A DNA stretch of 64,000 nucleotides, from contig OY969767.1 in the NCBI GenBank assembly GCA_963702895.1, forward strand, positions 1,120,001 to 1,184,000, in the 5' to 3' direction. Source of the DNA: an uncultured Elusimicrobia bacterium. GTDB lineage: Bacteria > Elusimicrobiota > Elusimicrobia > 2-01-FULL-59-12. Shown in pieces: positions 10,192 through 18,154 of this stretch. How positions within the stretch are numbered: position 1 is the stretch's first letter; each line of letters starts with the position of its first letter. The notes beneath the pieces were generated by a model. That model ran no database searches, was not told where the DNA came from, and saw only the letters and a program-made list of their open reading frames with translations. Both the position numbers and the translations under genes were made by a program.

Positions 10192-13100
10192 TTATTTCCG
10201 GAGGTAGATCAGCTTAAAAATGGCTTTTTCGCCCAGCGCGCGCGAAATGGCTTCCGTGTAAGCTTGAGCCTGCAGAGCGTAGGGGTCGGATTCGACGGCC
10301 GAACGACCGACGTTTTGGGTCGTTTTGTAGTCCCCCACCACGAGCTGCCCGGATGGGAGGCGGTAGAGGATATCGAGGGTGCCCCGCATCAGCTGACGTA
10401 TCGGCGTATCGGCGTGCCGGCGTACCGGAGTAACGTCGTTACCCCGATACTCCGATACCCCGATACTCCGATCCTGTTCACTATCATAGAAGAACGGCAC
10501 CTCCCTCCCTAAAATCTCCGATCCTTTGATCTCCTCGTAGTCCTTCGATCGCATAAAGTCGGCCAAGAGGCGCTGGGCCTCCTCCACGACGGCGATGATT
10601 TCGGGAGGGTTGCTGGTTTTCCGGCCCAGCTTCAGCTCAGGAAAAGGTTCCAACAGGAGGCCTTCTTGAGCGAAAGAGGTGTTCGCGACTCGGCGTAAGG
10701 CCGTTGGCATCGTCTCTTTTTCAGCTTGAAAGTCCCAGGTTTCGAGGAATTGATGGACGAGCGTGCCCAGCCGTGCGGGATCGATACGGCGAAGCGGAGA
10801 ATCGGCGAAGCGGCGAGTGGACCACTTCTCTGGCTCGCCGGCTCGCCGGCTCGCCGGCTCAGTCCATTGTGTGGGGCTCATCACCCGTAACGTCTTCATC
10901 GCTTGTTCATAAGTTTCGGACTGCTCCTGCCACCGCGCGGCGAGTTCGACTGGCTTAATCGCGGCCAGCCAGGCTGGCTTCGTTGAGTCGGGCGCAGGCA
11001 AGGGCGCCTCCTTCGAAGTGATCGTGTGGGCCGTGAGGGTGCTTTCGCCCATACGGATGAGGCCATCCCCCAGTTCATCCAGATTGAGTTTCCAGGCACT
11101 CGCAAGCTGGTTGAGGAAACTGTCTTTCGCAGGTCGCTTCAAGTGGATGCCTCCGGACAAAATGAGCCGCTCTTTGGCGCGGGTCATGGCCACATAGAGG
11201 ATGCGCAAGTCTTCGGCCGCCTCCCGGACCTTGGCGTCTTCCTCCAGCGCCGCGCAGTCGAGGCTTTCCACATCCTTGTCCAGCGCGATGCCGAGGCGTC
11301 CCGTCGCCCAATCGTAATGCACGCGGAGATTATCCTTCCGCCTGTTTCCGCCCTTGCCTCGGTGCAGACCGGGGAGCCAGACCACAGGAAACTCCAATCC
11401 TTTTGCTTTATGCACGGTCAGGAGCCGCACGGCATCATAGGTTTCGTCTGCAAGAGGATACTCCCCTTCCAACCGGTCGTTTTCCATAAAGCGGTCGATC
11501 TTTCCTAACAGACCGCCCAACGTGGTTTCACCTTCCTCCGCAAAGGATTCCATCAGGCGCTTGAGCTTGAGCAGGTTCGCCATTGTCTGGTCTTGGTGAT
11601 AGGAACGGGCCGCGAGTTCCATGAGATAGGTGTCTTCATAGACATGGTTCAAAATGGATTTCAGGGGCTCACGCTGGGCCCTTCTCTGCAAGTTGTTGAT
11701 CAACTGGAACGTTTTTGCGGCGTGCTGGTCCTCCGGGGGCGCTCTCCATCCGGCCTCTTTGATCGCTGTGAGCTCAGGGTCTGTAAAGCCCCCCAGCGGC
11801 GATCGCAAGAATCCCGCTAAGGCCAGGTGATGGGAAGGGTCCTCGGTCACACGGAGGAGGTTGAGAACATCGGTCACCTCGGGTGTGCGATAGAAGTAGC
11901 GTTCGGCCTCGACCACAAAGGGAATATGGCGCCGGCGAAGCTCCTCGATAAAAGGCAGCATCGCGGTGGTGGCGCGGAAGATGAGCGCGATGTCCTTAAA
12001 CCGAAGGCCGTCCGACGTGCGACGTCCGAGGTCCATATCACTTAGGTTTGTACGTGCCTCTTTGACGTCGGACGTAGGACGTCGGACGCGGGAATCGATC
12101 CACGCCGCGGCGTCCGCCGCTTCTTGTTCGAGAGCTTCCTCGGAGGTTTGTGGTTCGCCGGAAACGGCCAGTCGTAATTCCACATCCTGGTGCTCGCTCT
12201 CTTTGGCCCGCCGGGGGACGAGGGCTTGATAGGCGGGTGAGATCGGATGCTGTTCCTTCATGAGCGACGAGAACGTGGTGTTGATCGTGTGGATGATCTG
12301 GTCGTGGGAGCGATAACTGTCTTCAAGACTGAGGCGCTGGCCGCCTTGCGCGAGCACCATCTCCGTGATGCGCTGGTAGGCCGCAATGTCAGCGCCGCGA
12401 AAACGGTAGATCGATTGCTTCGGATCACCCACAAGGAAGAGTTTCCCGGGTTCGAGCTTCACTTGGTCCCAGCGTTTGGCCTGGGTGCCGAGCTGCTCCG
12501 AGAGAAAGACCAGGAGCTCGCCCTGAAGCGGGTCGGTGTCCTGGAATTCGTCGACGAAAATCTGCCGGATCTTGTTCTTTAAAGTCTCCCTGACATGCGC
12601 CTCACGCGCCACCAGCTCACGGGCAAGCACGAGGAGCGCGTCATTCGAAAGATGTCCCTCTGCCAAAATCTTGGCGCGGAAACGCGCGACAAATGGCTTA
12701 AGCAATTGGGTCAGGTCGCGAAGCTTGACGTTTTCTTCTGCGCCCTGAAGCGGCAGGCGATCCAAGGGCACATCAAATTCACACAGGCGCCGCGCGAGTT
12801 CTCTGATTTTCCCAAGGGAAACCGTCTGCAAGACGTTGAGCCAATCACTTGCTCGAGGCTCGAGGCGATGGGCTCCTGACGAATGTGGGGTGTGCTGGCC
12901 TGGGGCATGGAGCCTGGAGCTGTCTCGGATTCTGGGGCCTGTGCCCTGGAGTTCGTGCCTCAACCAGGCAGGCCATTCTTTTTCAAAGAGATCATCGGCC
13001 CGTACGCCCTTGTCATCGACTTCCGCGGCGGGACTGATGCCTGCGGCGATGGGAAAACGTTTCAACAGGCTGAAGGCGTAAGAATGGATCGTTCCAATCG

Positions 13101-13359
13101 CGGCGCGGTCGATGGCCTCCAGCGCCTCGCGCGCGCGGGATTTCCGATCGTCCGAGGCATCGCGCTCCAGGGTGTTGTGAAGTTCCGCCGCGATGCGCTC
13201 TTTCATCTCGCCCGCCGCTTTCTTCGTGAAGGTCAGCGCGACCAGCGTCTCCATCGGCAGGTTTTTCTGGAACAGAGCCTCTAAAATAGCCTGGACGAGC
13301 GTGTGGGTCTTCCCTGTGCCAGCGCTGGCTTCGATGACGATGTTACGGGAGAGATTCAT
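10192..13359 (-). CDS. addA: AddA/RecB-like UvrD helicase with PD-(D/E)xK nuclease
   Basis: EASAGTGKT, LTFTKKAAGEM, VDEFQDT, VGDPKQSIYRFRGA, TVHKAKGLEF, LYVAMTRA, GTLD..DYKT; start reassigned to MNLSRN (13359). Confidence 0.9.
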   Translation of the reverse strand: MNLSRNIVIEASAGTGKTHTLVQAILEALFQKNLPMETLVALTFTKKAAGEMKERIAAELHNTLERDASDDRKSRAREALEAIDRAAIGTIHSYAFSLLKRFPIAAGISPAAEVDDKGVRADDLFEKEWPAWLRHELQGTGPRIRDSSRLHAPGQHTPHSSGAHRLEPRASDWLNVLQTVSLGKIRELARRLCEFDVPLDRLPLQGAEENVKLRDLTQLLKPFVARFRAKILAEGHLSNDALLVLARELVAREAHVRETLKNKIRQIFVDEFQDTDPLQGELLVFLSEQLGTQAKRWDQVKLEPGKLFLVGDPKQSIYRFRGADIAAYQRITEMVLAQGGQRLSLEDSYRSHDQIIHTINTTFSSLMKEQHPISPAYQALVPRRAKESEHQDVELRLAVSGEPQTSEEALEQEAADAAAWIDSRVRRPTSDVKEARTNLSDMDLGRRTSDGLRFKDIALIFRATTAMLPFIEELRRRHIPFVVEAERYFYRTPEVTDVLNLLRVTEDPSHHLALAGFLRSPLGGFTDPELTAIKEAGWRAPPEDQHAAKTFQLINNLQRRAQREPLKSILNHVYEDTYLMELAARSYHQDQTMANLLKLKRLMESFAEEGETTLGGLLGKIDRFMENDRLEGEYPLADETYDAVRLLTVHKAKGLEFPVVWLPGLHRGKGGNRRKDNLRVHYDWATGRLGIALDKDVESLDCAALEEDAKVREAAEDLRILYVAMTRAKERLILSGGIHLKRPAKDSFLNQLASAWKLNLDELGDGLIRMGESTLTAHTITSKEAPLPAPDSTKPAWLAAIKPVELAARWQEQSETYEQAMKTLRVMSPTQWTEPASRRAGEPEKWSTRRFADSPLRRIDPARLGTLVHQFLETWDFQAEKETMPTALRRVANTSFAQEGLLLEPFPELKLGRKTSNPPEIIAVVEEAQRLLADFMRSKDYEEIKGSEILGREVPFFYDSEQDRSIGVSEYRGNDVTPVRRHADTPIRQLMRGTLDILYRLPSGQLVVGDYKTTQNVGRSAVESDPYALQAQAYTEAISRALGEKAIFKLIYLRK

Positions 13360-13439
13360 AGTGAGGCGGCGCGCGGTTGAAAGAGAAATAAAGCATAAGT
13401 CTTGAGTGAAAGCCAGCGAAATCTCGTCCGCCCTTCTGG

Positions 13440-14000
13440 CGTGAGCGCCCCCCACGAGCCGTGAGAAGCAGGAAATCTTTAGGGGTAGGTTGTCTCCTCT
13501 TTCCCTGGAGCAGGCGCCTGCTCGCTCCAGCGAAATTTCCCCCTCCATGGCCCCAGTCCTGCATGGCCACGGAGGGTCAGCGTTTTGGCTTCGGGCAGCC
13601 TGCGGAACTCCCCGCCAGACGTCTTGGCGGGTCAAACAGTCCTCCGCCACTGGGTCTCTGGCGGACGCCAACGTCGTAGTGGCGTCGGCTTGACTCGCCC
13701 TCGCCAAAACGCTTGAAATTTCGAGTCGCTCGTCAGGCTCCTGCTCCAGGGAAAGAGGCGCAACTCCATCTTGATAGCATTAACATCTCTTGTCGTGGGG
13801 GAGGGAGGCAGCGAACGACTCGCGGACGGCGGCCGGGTGGTGAGCGCGTCCAGCCGAGGATGGTTGAGCCTCGACCTTTGATGTACAGGAAGGAGGCGAG
13901 TTCCGCAGGCTGCGCGAACCACCCAGCCGGGGTGTCCGGGAGCGCCGGAGTGAGTCGCCTCCCTCCCCCACGGCAAGGACTCCCGAAGCTTTCCTGCATC
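13440..14000. repeat. Highly structured non-coding region of nested inverted repeats
   Basis: Pairs 13496-13520/13734-13758 (24/25), 13579-13589/13703-13713, 13595-13610/13898-13913 (16/16), 13794-13809/13957-13972 (16/16). Confidence 0.75.
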
Positions 14001-14017
14001 GCAAGTCGTGATAGCTG

Positions 14018-14046
14018 TTGACACCCCCGGGACGACCTGTTAGGCT
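14018..14046 (+). promoter_or_regulatory. Putative sigma-70 promoter of the moxR operon
   Basis: TTGACA, 17-nt spacer, TAGGCT, ending 8 nt before ATG 14055. Confidence 0.55.
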
Positions 14047-14054
14047 ACCGGTGC

Positions 14055-15017
14055 ATGAGCGCGTTCCCTATGGGCCAGCCCACCTTGATGAGCCATCCTC
14101 TCCGCGCACTCGAAGCGGAGATCGAGAAGGTCTTTGTGGGTAAGACGGAGGTCGTTCAGCGGGCCATGGCCACTTTCCTTGCCGGGGGACATCTCCTGAT
14201 TGAGGACGTCCCTGGCGTGGGAAAAACGACGCTGGCCCTCGGCCTCGCGAAGGCGGCCGGATGCAGTTTCCAACGGATTCAGTTTACCAGTGATCTGTTG
14301 CCCTCCGATATTCTGGGCGTTTCCGTCCTCGACTCGCGCACCCACGACTTTCACTTCAAGCAGGGCCCCCTCTTTCATCAGGTCGTCCTGGCGGACGAGC
14401 TTAATCGCGCGACCCCACGCACGCAAAGCGCTCTACTCGAGGCCATGAACGAAGGCCAGGTGACGGTCGACAACAATACCTACAGACTCCCGGACCCGTT
14501 TTTTGTCGTTGCGACGCAAAACCCGCATGAGCATCACGGCGCTTTTCCGTTGCCGGAGTCACAGCTCGACCGGTTTATGATGCGCTTGTCCATCGGCTAC
14601 CCTGACACCCAAAGCGAAAAAAGCATCCTCAGCGAGCGGATGGATATGGACGCCGTGCGCAAGCTGGAACCGGCTTTGTCCGTACCGACACTTTTGACCT
14701 TAAGGGAACAGTCAGCCCAAATCCGCGTGGCTCCCCAGATCGATGACTATGTCCTGGCGCTCGTGCGCTCGACACGAAGTCTGCCTCGCGTCGAAGTCGG
14801 CGTGAGTCCTCGCGGGGCGCTTGCCCTGCGAAAAGCCTCTCAAGCGTACGCACTCATACAAGGCAGGGATTACGCGACCCCGGATGATGTGAAAGCCTTG
14901 GCGGTGGCCGTCTTGTCGCACCGTTTAATCTTCGCCGCGGACCAGCTCTCTTCGAACATGGAAGAGGCTGAGCGCACCATCGCGTCTCTCTTGCAGAGCG
15001 TGCCCGTTCCTCTCTAG
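14055..15017 (+). CDS. MoxR family AAA+ ATPase
   Basis: EDVPGVGKT, RIQFTSDLLPSD, DELNRATPRTQSALLEAM, LPESQLDRF. Confidence 0.95.
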   Translation: MSAFPMGQPTLMSHPLRALEAEIEKVFVGKTEVVQRAMATFLAGGHLLIEDVPGVGKTTLALGLAKAAGCSFQRIQFTSDLLPSDILGVSVLDSRTHDFHFKQGPLFHQVVLADELNRATPRTQSALLEAMNEGQVTVDNNTYRLPDPFFVVATQNPHEHHGAFPLPESQLDRFMMRLSIGYPDTQSEKSILSERMDMDAVRKLEPALSVPTLLTLREQSAQIRVAPQIDDYVLALVRSTRSLPRVEVGVSPRGALALRKASQAYALIQGRDYATPDDVKALAVAVLSHRLIFAADQLSSNMEEAERTIASLLQSVPVPL

Positions 15018-15068
15018 GTCACGAGACAAACCGAAGACGGGGCCACATACCGATTGAGCCATTCCGAC

Positions 15069-16142
15069 ATGCCAGAACGGTTTCCCCAGACCCCTGTCCC
15101 CGTGCCCGCGACGTCCTTCGTCGTCGCCTTGCTTCATCTTGCCCGCGCGCCGTGGCGCTGGGCCCGCTGGATGCTCTACGCCCGCCCGATCCGATTTACA
15201 CGCTTTGGTTGGTCCTACATTCTCTTTTCACTCGCTGTTGGCGCGGCCGCCATCAATACGGGAAACAATCTGCTTTACCTGATGCTGGGTCTTTTGCTCG
15301 GGTTCATCATCCTCTCGGGGCTTTTATCCGACAGCTGTTTATGGGGTTTGGGCTGGGAGATACACCCATCAGGCGATTTCTATGCCGGACAGCGCGCTGA
15401 GCTGGACCTGATGGCTCAGAAAAACGGATTCCCTGGTGTCCTCGTTCAAATGGATTTGAATTGGGACCCTGAGGCGACGTCGCGCGCGCTTTTGCCCTAT
15501 ATTGCTCGTCGGGGACGGGCCTTCCAACGACTGGCCTTCGTCCCCCGGAGTCGAGGCATGTTGAACCTGAAGGGCATTCGCCTCTCGACGCGTTTTCCGT
15601 TTGGCTTGTTTGAAAAATCACATTCGTTCCCCACCCAGAAATCCTGGGTTGTTTATCCTTCTGTACAGATGCTCTCGAGGGACATTCTCCGGTCCTCCGG
15701 TGTCCTGCAGGCTGACCAGCCGGCGGGAAGGAGGGGACAGGGATCCATACCCTTGGACCTACGGGAATTTCAAATGGGAGATCCGGGCAAACGAATTCAC
15801 TGGAAATCGAGCGCCAAAAGAGGGCGGTGGATGGTCTCTGAAATGGAAGAGGAAAGCAACTCCACACGCTGGCTCCATGTCCGGGACTGGCCCCAGGGCG
15901 GCGAACTCGAGGACTTTATCTCCTTTGTCGCTTCTTTGCTCTATACGATGCATGCCAACGACGTGGCGATGGGTTTGAGCGCGCCGGGTGCCGTGTTTCA
16001 CCCGGAGATCTCACGCGCCCATCTTAAGAATATGCTCACGTATTTGGCACTGGTGGATCCCCTCAGAGAAGCGACAGTCCCGGACCGGGGCCCCAGAGGG
16101 GGCGGACTGGATGCCCTCGCTTTATGGAGGCATCTGCGGTGA
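15069..16142 (+). CDS. DUF58 domain membrane protein
   Basis: AAINTGNNLLYL, TRFPFGLF, LREFQMGD..RIHWKSSAK; typical MoxR partner. Start uncertain. Confidence 0.88.
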   Translation: MPERFPQTPVPVPATSFVVALLHLARAPWRWARWMLYARPIRFTRFGWSYILFSLAVGAAAINTGNNLLYLMLGLLLGFIILSGLLSDSCLWGLGWEIHPSGDFYAGQRAELDLMAQKNGFPGVLVQMDLNWDPEATSRALLPYIARRGRAFQRLAFVPRSRGMLNLKGIRLSTRFPFGLFEKSHSFPTQKSWVVYPSVQMLSRDILRSSGVLQADQPAGRRGQGSIPLDLREFQMGDPGKRIHWKSSAKRGRWMVSEMEEESNSTRWLHVRDWPQGGELEDFISFVASLLYTMHANDVAMGLSAPGAVFHPEISRAHLKNMLTYLALVDPLREATVPDRGPRGGGLDALALWRHLR

Positions 16143-18154
16143 TGGCAAGACCCCTGCTTTTGATCTGTCGCCTGGCCTCTGCGCTGGGAATTCTTTCTCT
16201 CGTTTTAACGGCCGAGATCAGCCTGCCTTACGGATGGCTGAGCGGACTTGCCTGGGCCGCGGGTCTATTCCTTGATCGCCGACCTTCCTGGCAGGCGAGG
16301 TGGCAGGTGATGGAGACGCCGGCCGTGATCGCGATCATCATGGTCTTTCTGCTCGACTTCTTTCGGTTCGGCGCTTCGATCTTTGTGAGCCTCGCGCATT
16401 TTCTGATGCTGTTTCAGGCCATCAAGCTTCTGGGGAGGAAAGGGCGAAAGGACTGCGCGCAGATCCTCCTCGTCAGCTTTTTCCAGACCCTCTCGTCCTG
16501 CACGCTTTCGGTCGGGGCTTGGCAAGCGGGCGTGATGCTGGCGCTTGTTCCGATCGCGACCGCTGGGCTCTTTTGGCTTCAGGCCAGTCGTGAGGAAGCG
16601 CTCTATCCCGATTTCTTTGTGAAAGGTGCCGCGAAGTCGTTCCGCTGGGTCGTGCTGTTCATGAGTGCGGCCGCCATTCCCATCAATCTGGTCCTTGCAG
16701 CGGCTCTCTTTGTGGTTTTTCCCCGCTTAGGCTTTCGCACCTTCGTGGGTGTGGGGATGGGCAAGAGCGGCTATACCGAGCAGGTCAATCTGACCCTAGG
16801 CGGTCGCCTCCATGAGGACAACAGCACGGTGATGTGGTTGGAGATCCTTCCTCCGTCCGATCGCCCGCGCTGGGGTGGCTACCTCAGGGGCGGGGCGCTC
16901 GAGGCCTTTGATGGCAAAGTGTGGAGCCGAAGCGGTTCCTTATCGCAGAAGGCTTTGGTCGCAGGTTCCGGCGGCTTGATCCGCGCCCCAGGCTTCACGG
17001 GGGATGCCATCCACGGGGCCTTGCGCCAGCACGTCACCCTCATCAACACGGCAGGATCCATCCTCTTTGGCAGTCCCGCCATCATCGAAGTCTCTGCGCC
17101 CTTCACCACGCTTCAGTATTACGCCGATGGAAGTTTTCGCTGGACCACGGGCTGGCGAAAGCCACTGGCCTACGATATCGTCTCGCAGGAGGCCTCGCGT
17201 TCTTCGTCTGTCAGGCAACCCCTGGGCCCCAAAGACCTGCAAGCCAATCTGGATCTGCCCGGTCTTTCATTTGATAAAACGAAAATCCTCACACGATCAA
17301 TGGGGGGCACGGGGCCGGCCCGGCTTCGTGCGCAGAGAATCGAGTCTTTTCTGCGGGACAACTTCACTTACGCCAAGGACCTGGGTTCATCGACAAGCGC
17401 CAATCCCATCGAGGAGTTCCTCTTTGTCACGAAGCGCGGGCCCTGCGGTCATTTCTCCTCAGCCATGGCCGTGATGCTGCGCCTGAGCGGCATTCCCGCG
17501 CGTGTGGTCTCGGGCTACTACAAAGGATCATGGAACAGCCGGGTCGGGCAGTATGTGATACGGGAAAAAGACGCCCATGCCTGGGTCGAAGCGTATCTGC
17601 CGGGTCAAGGCTGGACGGCGTTTGATCCGACGCCGCGTGTGGAAGGGCCGGTCTCTGCGCAACCCTGGCTCGTCAGACTTCAGGAGAATTGGGACTACGT
17701 CAATTACACGTGGGATAAGCTCGTCATTCAGTACGACCTCTATTCACAGGTGAGGGTGCTGGAGGATCTTCAGCGCGGGTCGAACAGGATGAATGAAAAA
17801 GCGACCGCCTGGATCAATCAACTCCAGTCCTTGTTCCGGCTCTCTCATCCGCTGGAGAGCGGATTGCGCGCGAAGAAGCGCTTGCGGTTCTTTCCCCTTC
17901 TGGCACTTCTATCGATCGTGGGCCTTCTCACCGCGATCGCTCTCCATTTCTGGAGACGAAGAAAGGCGATCGATCCTTCGATCGCGTTTTACGTCCAATT
18001 TCTTTCGCGCATGGCCCAAAAAGGCTATCCCAAGGCCCCCTACGAGACAGGTCTCGAATACGCGGCCCGCCTGCCGGATGAGGCTGGCGGTGCCCAAGCC
18101 AGGCAACTGACCGATCGTTACTACAAGGCGCGCTATCGCTCCATCCGCGCTTAA
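16142..18154 (+). CDS. DUF3488 / transglutaminase-like membrane protein
   Basis: Multiple TM helices; GPCGHFSSAMAVMLR, HAWVEAY, FDPTP catalytic motifs. Confidence 0.9.
   Translation: MARPLLLICRLASALGILSLVLTAEISLPYGWLSGLAWAAGLFLDRRPSWQARWQVMETPAVIAIIMVFLLDFFRFGASIFVSLAHFLMLFQAIKLLGRKGRKDCAQILLVSFFQTLSSCTLSVGAWQAGVMLALVPIATAGLFWLQASREEALYPDFFVKGAAKSFRWVVLFMSAAAIPINLVLAAALFVVFPRLGFRTFVGVGMGKSGYTEQVNLTLGGRLHEDNSTVMWLEILPPSDRPRWGGYLRGGALEAFDGKVWSRSGSLSQKALVAGSGGLIRAPGFTGDAIHGALRQHVTLINTAGSILFGSPAIIEVSAPFTTLQYYADGSFRWTTGWRKPLAYDIVSQEASRSSSVRQPLGPKDLQANLDLPGLSFDKTKILTRSMGGTGPARLRAQRIESFLRDNFTYAKDLGSSTSANPIEEFLFVTKRGPCGHFSSAMAVMLRLSGIPARVVSGYYKGSWNSRVGQYVIREKDAHAWVEAYLPGQGWTAFDPTPRVEGPVSAQPWLVRLQENWDYVNYTWDKLVIQYDLYSQVRVLEDLQRGSNRMNEKATAWINQLQSLFRLSHPLESGLRAKKRLRFFPLLALLSIVGLLTAIALHFWRRRKAIDPSIAFYVQFLSRMAQKGYPKAPYETGLEYAARLPDEAGGAQARQLTDRYYKARYRSIRA

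Noticed and set aside
13360..13707. N-terminal extension of AddA in the ORF track
   Set aside because: It runs through the repeat region; helicase motif I begins right after ATG 13359.
13440..14000. RNase P RNA, tmRNA or self-splicing intron
   Set aside because: I could not find the RNase P GAGGAAAGUCC motif, tmRNA termini or group I/II core motifs; the pairing looks like nested DNA palindromes.
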